Made by a program: the position numbers and the translations under genes. From positions 42,771,828-42,835,827 of the forward strand of contig NC_068991.1 in assembly GCF_001194135.2 (NCBI RefSeq): DNA of 64,000 nucleotides, in the 5' to 3' direction. Shown here piece by piece: positions 26,660-40,308 of this stretch (the stretch's first letter is position 1; the number at the start of each line of letters is the position of its first letter). The notes beneath the pieces are model-generated. The model saw only the letters and a list, made by a program, of their open reading frames with translations, had not been told where the DNA came from and searched no databases. Origin of the DNA: Octopus bimaculoides (taxonomy: Eukaryota).

Positions 26660-28693
26660 TGAAATGATTCATGATTGTTGCCATATGATGCCCTATGACA
26701 TTTAAGCCCAGCCAAACTTTTACACCTTTTATTACATACTAGACAACTGTACTGGCTGGCAGGAGAAATAGGTACCACCATATGCACTCTCTTAACATGC
26801 CTTGTTAGACCTCCAACTAAGAGGCACACTCTTCCACATTTTACACACGTTCTGTTATGAATTTTAATAGGCACATCATTGTTTATCATGGGTCGATTTC
26901 TATGAGAATTTTGATGGCTCACCAGGCCTGCATGACTCAAACACCCCCACCCACAAACCACACACATAAAAAGCAACACTCTCTCACTTTCCACTGGTTC
27001 CCCCCTGCTAAGCCCCCTCCTAATTCTCTCATACTTAACTCTCTCTCTCTCTCTCTCTCAAACCTTGAACAATCATCATGCACTATCTTCCTCTATCCAT
27101 CACTGTCTTGTACCTCCCTCTCCCAATTACCAGCTGCAATTTCTGTCTGTATTAGAGCATTTTTAAGGCAATCTTTAAACCTTAGTTTAGGCTTATGTGC
27201 TAGTCTCCTGTTATCTTCCAGCACACCATACAATAGCTGCTTGGGCAGTTGCTCATCACTCATCCTTATCAAATGTCCCCACCATCTCAAACGTCTTTGC
27301 AAAATCATTGACTCTATACTTCTACTGCCACTCCTCTCAAGCACCTCTACATTACTAATGACCATTTTCCAGTTTATCCCCAAAATTTTTCTCAGACAGT
27401 ATTGCTGACATCGTTCCAATTGCCTTACCTACCTACGGTAAACAACCCATGCCTCACTCCCATTTAGCAAAGATGGGAGGATGCATGGTTATATACCTTA
27501 ACTTTAATTTGTGAAGATATATTATGTTGTTTCCATAGATATCTATCAAGCCTGCCAAAAGCACTACTAACCCTGCTGATTCTGTATGAAATTTCATCAA
27601 GACCAGCAGTGCTCAAGGTCCTAAATAAATAAATCTAGGTACAGTCTCCAACCTTTGACCATTCACAGTTATAAAAGGTTTCACATACATCTTGGAGGGA
27701 GTGCGCTGGTACATTATAACAGTTTTTTTAGATTAATTGTAAGACCCAATGCTGCACATGCTGCAGAAATCGCATTCACCATGTGCTGCATATCTTTCTG
27801 AGAATGTGGTAACAGGTCAAAATCATCTGCATACAGAAACTCAACAAGGTGAGAATGCAGAACTTTTGTTCTATATCTTATATAGACCCCTTCAGAGCAA
27901 TCTTTAAAAGCCATTTGAAAATCTATTGCGAAATATATAGCAAACAGTGTAGGAGCAGGAATATCACCTTGCTTTACACCATTTTCTACAGAAACTGGAT
28001 ATGATAAGGTACGTCATTCTTATTTCCATCTTGTCATGAAATTGTCTAAGCATTCTCACAAATTTTTCAAGGCACCCTAGCTTTTTTAGGATCTCCCAAA
28101 GTGCAATTCTATTGATAGAATCAAACGCTTTTGTTAGATCAATGAAGACCTGGTATAAGTACATATCCTGTTCGATGCACTTCTCTTGCAACTGTCTAGC
28201 TGAAAATATCATATCCATAGTACTCCTACTATCCCAAAACCCACATTACGATTCTGCTAGAACCTCATCAGCAATGTGCAGAAGAAATCTATCCAGCATT
28301 ACCCTACAAAGGACCTTTCCAGCAACAGCTAACAGACAGATGCTGCGATAATTATCACAGACATCCTTTCCACCTTTAGATTTATATAGTATCTCCATAG
28401 TTGCTTCACGCCAATCCGGAGGAACCTCTTCACTTTGCCAAACCCTCTAAATCACATCCATCAACATTGCACAAAGATGATCACCACCATATCTATATAT
28501 CTCTGCACCTAGTCCATCCATACTAGGGCCCCTTCCATTGTTCAATTTCCTGATTGCTGCTTTTATTTCAGCCAGGTTTGGAACTTCTGCTGTAAGATGT
28601 TTTATTGGTCTCTCAGGTATATTATCAAGAAAAGAGATCAACTTCAGTAGGTCTATTGAGCAACTCATCAAAATGTTCCTTCCATCTCCCAAC
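26660..28693 (-). mobile_element. RTE (BovB-like) LINE, ~2 kb covering RT through the C-terminal zinc fingers, decayed
   Basis: WKEHFDELLN, FIDLTKAFDSINR, FLYADD, RLRWWGHLIRM, LLYGVL...KPKLRFKDCLK, then C2H2 fingers. Confidence 0.92.
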
Positions 28694-28722
28694 AATATAT
28701 ATATACATACTTACATACATAC

Positions 28723-28778
<56 letters not shown>

Positions 28779-28917
28779 GCATGTATATATATATATATAT
28801 ATATATATANNNNNNNNNNNNNNNNNNNNNNNNNNNNNNNNNNNNNNNNNNNNNNNNNNNNNNNNNNNNNNNNNNNNNNNNNNNNNNNNNNNNNNNNNNN
28901 NNNNNNNNNNNNNNNNN

Positions 28918-29144
28918 AACCACATGGTTCCGGGTTCAGTCCCACTGTGTGGCACCTTGGGCAAGTGTCTTCTACTATAGCCTTGGGCCGACCAAAGCCT
29001 TGTGAATGGATTTGGTAGATGGAAATTGAAAGAAGCCTGTCATATGTGTGTGTGTGTGTCTGTCTGTCTGTTTGTCCCCCCACCATTGCTTGATAACCAT
29101 TGTTGGTATGTTTACATCCTCGTAACTTAACGGTTCGGCAAAAG
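28918..29144 (+). mobile_element. CORE-type SINE family A, 3'-truncated at the hAT junction
   Basis: cacatggttccgggttcagtccc...cggttcggcaaaag, then an abrupt switch to transposase sequence. Confidence 0.85.
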
Positions 29145-31180
29145 TTGTGTTGAAAAATACTAACAAATCAATGCTGTTAGCTCATAAAAACACTGCCAAA
29201 TACAAGAAAGCTTTTGATAGTACGAAATCTGCTATTAAATTAGATTCATTTAATGTTAAAAAACAGATGATACATTAAATGAAAAAGTAGCTAAGGCAGA
29301 CTTGCTACTAACAGGTTATGTTGCTGAACATCACATACCTTTCATCCATATAAATCACTTAGCTAAAATTTGGAAAAAGGCCTTTCCCAATAGTGAAATA
29401 GCTAAAAATCTACAAATGAAAAAAACAAGATTACCACACATTATGCAAGACAGAATTGCACATTATGAACAAAATGAAATCTTGGAAATTCTCAAGAAAC
29501 TAAAGTTTTGCAGTATTGATAGATGAGAGTATGGACATCTCAGTGACACAAATCTTAGCAATAGTTGTTCACTTTTTTTGATGAACAATAGCCTAATGTC
29601 AAGGATGCTCTGCTGGATACAATTGTAGTAGAAAATGGTTCATCTCAGGGTTTGTATGATGCTATCAAGTCTACGCTTACAAAAGAAGATGTATCTATGA
29701 GCAACATACTTGGATTTACCAGCGATGATTGCTCAACATTGATGGGTAACATGAGTGGGTTTCAAAAATTATTGAGAAACAATATTCCAACTGTATTTAC
29801 AATAGGCTGTGTTTACCATTCGTTTGCACTTTGTTCAAGTCATGCAGTGAAGGTGTTACCTTCGTATCTCAGGTCCTTTTTAAAGGACTTAACTTCTTCC
29901 TTTTCTCAAAGTAGCAAATGTCAAAATGACTTCAATATGATACAAAGTATTGTTAGCACAAAAGAAAACAAGATTCCAAAGCTTTTGCAAACTGGATGGT
30001 TGTTGCGTGAAAATGTAATTAACGCTATAATAGAACAGTGGGATGCCCTTGTACTTTATTTTCAGTCAGAGGCTAAAGTAGAAAAAGTGGACAGAGCAAA
30101 AAGGATCTATGAAACAATGATTAATAAATGGACAAAGCACATGTTGCTCTTCTTACATTATATATTAAAGAAAGTAAATGCTCTTTATGTCGAGTTTCAA
30201 TCAGAACACGTTCGACTGCATCTGTTGTATACACTCGTATCCAGTGAATATGAAAGTATCCTTAGTTGCTTTATAAAAGAGGATGTTTTAGCTGTATCTA
30301 AATTATCAGATATTGATCTTAATAACACAGCAAATCACAAAGATATGAGTGATATTTACCTTGGTGGACATGCAATAAAATATCTAGAACAAAACCCAAT
30401 CGTTGGTGACTCAGCTAAATTCAAAATTGATTGCAAAAGTTTTTTGCGCTTTCCTCTCGATGAAGCTGGAGTGTTTGCCCTCTTAGAAATACTTGATCCA
30501 AAAGTAGCGCGTGGTCTCACTAACTCTTCTCACTCGATAATTCTCTTGACATCAAACTTTCCAGCAATTGCACCAAAAAATATGCTTGATGAGTGGAGAT
30601 TATTTCTGCAATATAAAGATATTCCTGTTTCCTCAAAAAGCATCCCTGAATTCTGGTATTCCATACACAATCTTAAAGACGGGCTTGACCACTCTAAGTT
30701 TGAGAGACTGTCACAATTCATGACTAATGTAACGGTATTACCTCATTCATTAGTGTGCGTGAAGTGCATATTTTCCCAAATAAATTGCATAAAGACAAAG
30801 TGCACTAACAGGTTGAAGGCCAAAATGATCACTGACCGTCTTCTCGCTAAACAAGCAATTACAAGAAAGGGAGCGTCACACATTTCTTGGGAGCTGAACG
30901 CTAAACTTATTAAAGATGTAGTGGATGAGTCTTGTCATCGTAGATTGAACTTTAAAAAGGAAGGAGTGAATGAAGATGATGTGGATATGTACAAAATTGA
31001 CAATTAGCTGCCATATGATATAAAGTATTAAACTCTGTATTCATTTTGTCATATAACATATTTTATCATTAAATTACCAATTATATACCTATTTTCCAAC
31101 ATCTGGGTTTATAAAATAGGATCTGGGCTTTTTGCAGCAAATAATCTGGGTGTTTTATTATTTGATGAGTGACAACCCTG
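29145..31180 (+). mobile_element. hAT-superfamily transposon, 5'-truncated, with 451-aa residual ORF 29652-31007
   Basis: DESMDIS, GFTSDDCSTLMG, CVYHSFAL, QTGWL and LPHSLVCVKCIFS motifs. Right end gtgacaaccctg (CAGGGTTG-type TIR) with atctggg subterminal repeats at 31101, 31121 and 31144. Confidence 0.88.
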
Positions 31181-31489
31181 CTCATGGCAAGTTGACCACA
31201 AAGCCTTGTTTTGGGAAGCAATAAATTAGACAAATAATTGCAGAGTTAGTGGGTAGGCTCCTTACTCTGTAATGGTGCATGTATATTCTTTGTGTGCATG
31301 CAATGGACTGTCATTTTCAAAATAAGATTCTACAATTTTAGTTTGATGGACTGTGCTTATTTCTTCATAACAAATTTCCAAAGGTTCATATTTCAATATC
31401 TGAAACAAAAGAAAAATTATAATTATTAGCAAAATTGCTTTGAATTTCTTAAATAGAAGTACAATTTCTGGGCCACCCTGTATGTTTAA

Positions 31490-31870
31490 CTTGCTTTAGA
31501 CATTAGACTGTAGCCAAGCTGGAGCACCACCTTGAATCGTTTAGTCAAGCAAATCAACTCCAAAACTTATTTTTAAGTTTAATCCTTATTCTATCAGTCA
31601 CTTTTACTGACCTGCTAAGTTATGGGAATGTAAACAAAGCAACACTGGTAGTCAAGTGGTGGTGGATAAATAAAACACAAAGACACACACACACACACAG
31701 ATACATAACAGGCTTCTTTCAGTTCCCATCTAGCAATCTACCAAATCCACTCATAAGGCTTTGGTTGGCTCAGAGTTATTGTAGAAGACACTTGCTCAAG
31801 GCACTACTCAGTGGGTCTGAACCCAGAACTATGTGGTTGGGATGCAAGCTTCTTACCACACAGCTACATG
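31490..31870 (-). mobile_element. CORE-type SINE family A
   Basis: Reverse complement of the family-A head, core and tail. Confidence 0.75.
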
Positions 31871-31904
31871 GATACATACATACATACATACATACATACA
31901 TACA

Positions 31905-31935
<31 letters not shown>

Positions 31936-32429
31936 GTATATATTTATTTTATGCTAATGTGGATTGAACAGGTTTGCAAATTTGGATAATATTAGCATGT
32001 GTATGCATGTGCATTTAGAGAGAGAGAAAGAAACAGACGGGCAGACAGACAGACAGAAGTGGGACAGAGAATGTTATTTACATAATTTGAATGAATCTTA
32101 TTAATACTGACTATTCAAGCAGGAAACAAGAATTGTATCTATTATAACAGGAGCCAAAAATAAGTAAAAGAAGAAAAAAATCACAATTCATGATATCATT
32201 TTTTTCTTTTGTTTTCATAAATATTCTTATTAATTTATACTATATTGGAATCCATATTTTAGAATTAAAATCAATATTGAATTATTAATACATTAAAATA
32301 TAATACCAAATTATTATATAATTAAATGATTGATTAGCACAAAACGAGAATTTTTGTATGGAATATTGTTGATTGAACTGGCTCCAGTAAAAGTCTAAGA
32401 ATTATTTTACAAACCCTTGAGGAACTGAA

Positions 32430-33400
32430 AGCAAGTTGGATCCAATGGGATTTGAACTCAGAATGCAGAAGACAGAATTAAATACTGTAAGGCGTTAAGT
32501 CTCTGGAGCATAATTATTCCTACCAATCCACTGCCTTAGTATTAAGTATTATTGATTCACATTGGTGCAAAGCAACAATTTGTAGGAAAGAAATGTAGTC
32601 AATTGACTGGTACTTATTTAAGCAATTCCAGAGAGAGAAAAGGGAAGAAGAGGAGAAAAAAAAATCAATCCTAGTGGGATTTGAACTCAGAAATTATGGA
32701 GAGTGATAAATTTAACATTTGTAAGATATTTAGTCTACTGCTCTACCATTTCTACTACTAAACAACAACAATATTGATTTTTAACATAAGTATAAACAAC
32801 ACAAATTTTGCGAGTGGGGAGGGCCTATTTTAATATACTTCCTTTTTGCTTTTGTTTGTTTATTAATTATAAAATATGTTTATAAAGTCGATTTAGTTAT
32901 ATGAAAAGAAAGGGTTTGTATATTGCATTTAAATTAGTTGAGAAGGTATTTTATATTGTTTGGATTAAATATATTCAATAGAATATCAGAAGATGGATAG
33001 CATACTTGTTAATCACCTCTGCACTATAGTATTTGCAGAAATAAATTTTGGTGAAGTGAACAGATGATTGTCTTGATGGTTGTTTTTAAATGAAAAATGA
33101 AAGGAAAATTTGACCTTGGCAGGATTTAAACTCAGAATATGAAGGGATGCTACACAATACTATAAAGCATTTTATTTGTCACTGTAACAATTCAAATTAA
33201 TATTGAATTATGTTATTAATCTAGCATTGCGAGAGGTTACAGTCAACAGAATTAACTGCTAGTACTTCAGTGGTACTTTATTTTATCAATGTCTGGAAGG
33301 ATGAAAAGCAAAGTTGACCTTGACAGGATTTGAACTCAGAATGTAGAAGTAAATAATTAAATATCACAAGGCATTTTGTGCAATGATCTAACAAGTCTAT
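32430..33400 (-). mobile_element. Cluster of four degenerate family-B SINE fragments
   Basis: Recurrent ggatttgaactcagaa B-box complement at ~32449, 32678, 33123 and 33327. Confidence 0.6.
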
Positions 33401-33507
33401 CAATATAAGCATCACAACAGAGATTTATATGTCAAGGTCAAATCAACCTGATGTAGTATATCGCTTTACAGGCTATTGAAAGCAAGAATCACTAATAAAG
33501 GAAGACA

Positions 33508-33590
<83 letters not shown>

Positions 33591-33806
33591 GTATATGTAT
33601 ATGTATGTGTGTGTATGTGTTTGTGTGTCTGTGTTTGTCCACCCAACATCGGGTGTGTTTACATCCCCATAACTTAACGGTTCGGCAAAAGAGACCGATA
33701 GAATAAGTACTAGGCTTACAAAGAATAAATCCTGTGGTCGATTTGCTTGACTAAAGGTGGTGCTCCAGCATGGCTGCTGTCAAGTGACTGAAACAAGTAA
33801 AAGAGT

Positions 33807-33851
<45 letters not shown>

Positions 33852-33889
33852 GTGTTTTTCTCAGAGAATTTATGGTGGTAGTAGTGTCT

Positions 33890-34323
33890 TTTGATATCTA
33901 TTCCACAATTCCTACACCAACAGTAAAAAGTGTGGCCACCCAACTGTGGGACCTGCATCAACCTTATTGAAGACACAACATACAAATTCAAATCAGGACA
34001 GATTTTTACCGCAAAAAATCACTTTACATGTTCTTCAAGGAATTTAATAAACGCTATCAAATGTCAAAGATATAATGAAGATCACATGTCAAACAAAGCT
34101 TACTCTGAGAAATAGATTGACCAATCACCAACAACAAATACGAAACTCCAGTACTAGACAGATTCTACTGAGTGGACACATAGACATATGTGCAAAAAAT
34201 AAGTCCCCAAAATTCCAGGTCTTCCCACTCTACCTATGTTCAGCAAATACCACAGATGAAGTACGGATAAACAAAGAAAATACTTTCATACAAAACTACA
34301 AACCAAGACTTAACAAACTTTAA
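33890..34323 (+). mobile_element. Penelope-like element (Poseidon-type) GIY-YIG fragment
   Basis: CGHPNCGTC...FTCSSRNLINAIKC...CQTKLTLRNRLTNH...LSGHIDIC...KENTFIQNYKPRLN. Confidence 0.8.
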
Positions 34324-35196
34324 CAGAGTACATACACAAATAACTATTCACACACAAAACTCATTCTGCCACTTATCATAAAGAATCTACACAGCTAACA
34401 ACCTAAACTTTAGCTACTGAATTACATACAAACAACTCCTGTCCACTCTCCCACCAGACAGATTAAATTTGGAGTGCCTTCATTATAACTAAACATGTTC
34501 ACTCAATCATGTTGGCCTTCTTTTTAGGTGCAAAATATACTGTCATGTAACACTAATGAACGAATGTAGCAGGGAATGTACAAAAGGTTATAAACTTAAT
34601 CATGTATTCATTCTCTACAAACACTTGACTGAAAACATTCAGAACATTGATTGTTTTGACATGTTCATTCAACTGTGCCAGCCTTAACTTATGATGCCAA
34701 ACATTGTCATCTGATACTAACACACGGACGTAGCGGGGGACCTACAAAGATTTCTAAAGACCAGTCATGGGACTATCTTCTGCCAATCAAATCTTATTCA
34801 AAACATATACTAATCTGAGCCATGAAGCCCCAATAAAAATAGAGCAAGCTTCAAACACTAGTCAGAAGCAAGACAGCTGCAACATAAACCATATCTTTCT
34901 ATTTGAACTTTTTGAAAATCAGCGAAAACTGTAAAACTGGTTAAAGCTTTAAATATATTAATAAAAAGTATTTTAATTATTCTCAATGCAGTTTCAACTT
35001 CTATTTTTCCTATATGTATATATATATTTGTATGTGTAACGTAATAGTTTAGAAAAAAACCATTGGTTTCATATCTAGCTTGATAAAGGTTCTCTGCAAA
35101 GAATGTTTTTTTAAACACGAGAATGCCAGTGATAGTTCAAGAAATATTCCTCTTAAAAAATCATGGCCGGGCTAGTTGTCTTCCTTTGCTTGGTAT

Positions 35197-35860
35197 CTAG
35201 GTTTTCCAATTTTGAAGTAAAAATTTCCGAAAATGTGGACAACTCCCCACGGCTTCCATCCTAGTGTTCAGGTAGCCTCCTGGCTCATGTGAATTCATGA
35301 GGATAGTATATCTTTCTGCCATGCACAATTTACACAGTCTTGTTCCATTGCAATAGGGTCCACAAGTTTCCAGTAATTTCCACCTGATGTTAAAGAGTGT
35401 ATGATCGTCCTTTAGGCACCATACATATGCTGCGAGTGTTGTTGTGTTGCATCTCTCCAGGACCCTGAAAGATCTGTGGTTGTTCAGGCGAATTTTAAAT
35501 TTGGATTCACAAGATCCAACGTAAATTTTAGTGTGTCCCTGTGTTGGCATTGATGTTACTGATATTTGTGCTGCTTCTGTTTGAGGCTACCTTTGCTTAG
35601 TACACTGTAGCCTCGGTGTTACATCAGCTGTCCACTGGGCATTCATTTCTAATCCTGCATGAACAACCTGCCTCTGTCCGTAGTTTAGGAATGCTAAGTA
35701 ATTTTTTCTTAACGTTGGGTGCACAACTGAAAGAGATTCTTAAATTATGTCTGTTAAAAATATTTCTATATTTGTGTGATTGCGTGAAATGCTTATCAAC
35801 CAACCTAAGAAAAATTCTACCTACGCATGTCCGGACATTTAGGGAGAAGTGGGGTGCAAA
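35197..35860 (-). mobile_element. Penelope-like element (Neptune-type) linker plus GIY-YIG fragment
   Basis: LVDKHF..HKYRNIFNRHNLRISFSCAPN, CSCRIRNECP, IYVGSC...RLNNH...LAAYVWCLK...CKLCMAER...YLNTRME...CPH. Confidence 0.85.
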
Positions 35861-36075
35861 CCATTCCTCCAGCTCACTCAGCTGGCAAAAATGAGTAGTA
35901 CCTGTAGTTCAAAGGGTCAGCCTTGTCACACTGTGTCATGCTGAATCTCCTTGAGAATTACGTTAAGGGCACACATGTCTGTGGAATGCTCAGCCACTTG
36001 CATGTTAATTTCATGAGCAGGCTGTTCCGTTGATTGAATCGACTGGAACAGTCATCAGCGTAACCAACAGAGGGC
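35845..36075 (+). mobile_element. Family-C SINE, 5'-truncated
   Basis: Shares the gggtcagccttgtcacact...ctcagccacttgcatgttaatttc body. Confidence 0.8.
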
Positions 36076-37870
36076 CCTGATGATAACAAGGTACAGTTCA
36101 TTGATGGGAGTTTGTCGGGAAAGTCGCTTTATTTAGAGAGTGATCTCTCCCTCTCTAGCCTACATTCTACAATCCTACATTTCTCTTTCCTTCAATAACT
36201 CTCAGGATCCTTACCACCCTCATCTAATTCCTCTCTTTCCATTTTCTTCACACCTTCTACTCATATTTACCTTTATACTCATAATTACCTTCCACCTACA
36301 CAACTGTCTTATCACCTAATAACTTTTTCCCTCTCTTTCTCACTAAATCCTTTCTCTTCCCTCTATCCATTTCATAGTCCTTCATGCACACCCCACCCCA
36401 ATAGTGTCCAGTTTGTTACTCTCTTCATTACCACTCCCTTAGAGCTATAAATATGTTCCACTCAACACCTTGCCTAAAGGCATCACATATACTCCCCCTC
36501 TTTTTCTTATATATTCCTTCAGTTATGGAGGTTCTTTTAAAGCCCTTCAGCCTGTCAAGTTTTAAGGTGAACTTACAAATGCTAGTGCCACAAAAAAAAA
36601 AAGCACCAAGTACACTCTGTAAAATGGTTGGTATTAGGAAAGACATCCAACCATTTGAATATCTATGATCCATATATTCACTTGTCTGTAAGCATGTACA
36701 TGATACACAAATATATATGGCCCATACAGGCAAAAAAAAATATAGATAACAGAAGCATATAAATCTAAATCTATAGGATAACATACAGATGTATGAACCC
36801 ATACATGAAAACAACATACGTAACACTTGAATATAAATGATCCATACATTCCCAAGCATATAAATAATGTACACACACACACACACACACACGACCCACA
36901 CATACATATCCTCAGACAATGGTAAGCAAAAATAGAAAGAACAATTGCATCTTATTCTCTCCCATCTCTCTCTCCAAGTCATTCCTTGCTTTTTGTTTGT
37001 TTGTTTTTAAGCATTTGTTGCTTTATGTTTGGAGCTCCATAAAAGTGCAAAAGAATGGTTAATTCATTGAGATTATCTACAACACTGTAACTGTTAACAC
37101 AAACGAGTTTTTATTTATTCACTTATTACTTTTTTGTTATAAGACTTCTATTTTTATAGCTACCACACGAAGGCTATTTAATACTAGTTTTGTTGACTAT
37201 ATCCGTGTACTCATACACATTCATATACGAATGTTTAGATTATATGCATATATTTACACTATAATTTTTAAGCACATATTTTTTATGTCAGCCCTTCCGC
37301 TTTTGCCTCCACAATATTTTTATAGGTTCAATGTTCCTACAAATTTAAATATTTGCGTGAATTTTTACAATGAGATTTTTTTTGTTTTTCCTAATAACTT
37401 ACATTGAAACGAGCTAGGGGTAAGATCTTCCTTTTCTCAACAGATTTATTTGAGTAGAAATGTGCCTAGGTAGTTTGAATGGTACAATATTATGCTAACA
37501 TGTAAAAAGGTTTGATTATAGTGTCTACATTTATACAAGTTCAACTTATACATATATTGCTAATTCTCAGCCGATTTTACCTTTCATCCTTTTGGGGTTG
37601 ATAAAATAAATACCAGGTATGCACTGGTGGTGGTGGTGGTGGTGGGGGGATATGTGATTAACTTACCCCCTCTCTTCAAATTGCTGGCCTTGTGCTAGAA
37701 TTTGAAACCAATATTAACAAACAGCACTGCATGCAAGCACGGTTGTGAGATTAAGAAGCTTGCTTCAACCACATGGTTTCAGGCTCAGTTCCACAGCATG
37801 GTACTTTAGGTATCTTCAACCAAAGTCTTGTCAATGAATTTGTGAGATAAAAGCTGAAAGAACATCATCC

Positions 37871-37922
<52 letters not shown>

Positions 37923-37944
37923 CGTGCGTGCGTGTGTGGAAGAG

Positions 37945-38817
37945 GGGAACTTCATCTTGTTTGTCTCTATTGCAGGTGAGAATATCATAGTTGTTGACTG
38001 CTTCTTTTATCTCAGCAATGTGATCCAAAATAATATTAGTTGCAAGTCCCAAGTCTTAAAAAGAATTGGACATGCTGATTCAGTTGTGGACTTCTTGGAC
38101 AAGGATGTTTAATGTTGCCAATATCTGAGCAAAAGGGCAATGGTTTAAGATTTCAAGTCTCTAGACCTCTCTGCCTTGCTCTATAATCATGTGACTTGGA
38201 CACTGTTTGAGGCCCTTAGATGCTGCCTGAATTCCTTTGGCACCAGGATGCTTAGCAGGATTATGGGTTACCATTGGTCAGATTTTGTATCCAACCAATG
38301 ACTATACTTAGAAACTGTTACTTGTATGATTCAGGAGCATCAGCTTAGACTGGTCACATTGCTTGATTTTTCCAAGTTAGATACTGTTATGGATTACAGG
38401 TAAGTTCACCACCATCAATTCACCATGAAGAAAGTTCACTCTGAGGAAAGTTCAATGCAAGGAAAATTTACTGAGAAAATATATCCATAGTATTTCACCA
38501 TGAATAGTTAAAAACTAGTTTATTGAAAAAAAAATGGTGAATTGTTGATGAACTTTCCTGCAGTGAATTGATGATGGTGAACTTACTGGACGTGCTTGTT
38601 ATGTGTTCTCTTTTCTGAGGATCTGGCTGGGGTAACAGCTCATGTTGGCTGGCCATATGTCACATGGTCACAGCAGATGAGGAAGTATCTTGTGGAAATG
38701 GGGGTTGACTGGGATAATGCTTGGAGGGTTGTCCAGGATGACCCAAGAAAATACCAACAAATGGTGGGTGTAGTTATGCACTACAACAATGCAAGCCCAC
38801 ATACCTGACCTGATCTG
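37945..38817 (+). mobile_element. RTE LINE 3' fragment interrupted by a MITE
   Basis: GENIIVVDCFFYLSNVI...KRIG, IMGYHWSDFVSN, VLFSEDLAG...AWRVVQDDP. Ends in acctgacctgatctg. Confidence 0.8.
38400..38586. mobile_element. MITE with ~38-bp TIRs and internal ttcac repeats
   Basis: Left gtaagttcaccaccatcaattcac...gaaagttca (38400-38438) versus right tgaactttc...gtgaattgatgatggtgaacttac (38549-38586). Confidence 0.8.
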
Positions 38818-39748
38818 TATGTATGTGGTATGCATGTCTTTCCTCATCTTGACATTGCATGATGGTTGTAAACAAGTGTAACCATCATACAAGTGATGCC
38901 ATTTATTTTATTACCAATCTTCTGTAGAAAACAAACCTAACCATGGGGAAATAGCTTGCTTGCAAACAGGTGAAGGTCAGGAAGAAGATGAAGGGCAACC
39001 GGCCATAGAAAATCTTCATCATCATTATCATTTAACATCCGTTGTTCATACTAGCATGGGTTGGACAATTTAACTGAGCTGGCAAGCTGGAAGGCTGCAC
39101 CAGACTCCAGTCTGATTTGGCATGGTTTCTATGGCTAGATGCCCTTCCTAATGCCAACCGCTCCAAGAGTGTAATAGATGCTTTTTTACATGCCACCAGC
39201 ATGGGTGCCATTTGTGTGACACTGGTATCTGCCACAACTGTGATTTTGCTCAGCTTGATGGGTCGTCCTCAACAAATTCTAACTGACCAAGCAAGCATGG
39301 AAAAGCAGACTTTAAAATGATGATGATGATGATGATGACGATGACAATGATGATGACGATGACGATGATGATGACGATGCGATGTCCTTATTTCTTAAGT
39401 ATTGAAACTAGTTTACGCAAGCTTTTAGCTTCTGGATATAAATTTCTTTTGCCTGCTTGTAACTAACTTTTTTTCTTAATTTATGTTGGCAGATCAGATG
39501 TTCAGCTTTCTCCATTATCATGTCTGAGATATAACAGATGACAGATCAATGTTTCCCATCAGACCAGTCATATTTGGCTAACATCAATATTATTATACAT
39601 TACATGCCTTGATGTATAATATTGATTTACAGCTTTTGTTGGGAACAAATGTAGCTAACTGAAACAGTTCAGTACATTACTGGTACATATTTTATCAACC
39701 CTGGAGAAATGAAAAGTAAAATATTTTCAGGAGGAATTAAATTCAGAG

Positions 39749-40308
39749 TTAAACTTTTCAATACCAAACCACCTGAAATTACCCCTAGTTCTATGATACA
39801 AACATCATGTTTTCAAATGATCATGAAGGCATGTGGCTTAGTGGTTAAGGTATTTGGTTCACAATCATAAAGTTGTGAGTTTGATTCCTGGCAGCACATT
39901 GTATCCTTGAACGAGACACTTTATTTCACATTCCTCCAGTTCATTCAGCTGGCAAAAATGAGAAGTACTTGTATTTCAAAGGGCCAGCCTTGTCACACTC
40001 TGTGTTACACAGAATCTTCCTGAGAACTACTTTAAGGGTATGCATGTTTGTGGAATGCTCAGCCACTTGCACATTAATTTCATGAGCAGGCTGTTCTGTT
40101 GATTGGGTCAACTGGAACAGTCGTTATTGTAAGTGACGGAGTGCCACATATAAAATGATCTAAATTAAAACTCTCCAACAAAATTTCATGCTAATTAATG
40201 TCCTAAGCACCAGGTTAATAAAGACAAAGTTATTTTACTAAATTTTTAATTATTTTCAAAATGAAATGAAATAAATTTTCCACAGAAATATGGTAGCAAA
40301 AGGGTTAA
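39749..40308. mobile_element. TTAA-ended MITE split by a family-C SINE
   Basis: Left ttaaacttttcaatacca and right tggtagcaaaagggttaa are imperfect TIRs with TTAA. Confidence 0.55.
39823..40152 (+). mobile_element. Family-C SINE, full length
   Basis: tRNA-like head and family-C body. 8-bp TSD aaatgatc at 39815-39822 and 40153-40160. Confidence 0.85.

Noticed and set aside
31330-31483. Tc1/mariner-type end ggccaccctgta
   Set aside because: Only one short terminus, with no partner TIR or coding motif.
34750-34790. Second hammerhead on the minus strand (cagaaga-tagtc-ccat-gactg) and an acatgt palindrome near 34485
   Set aside because: The core is not CUGANGA and GAAA does not follow stem II, so there are too many deviations to call.
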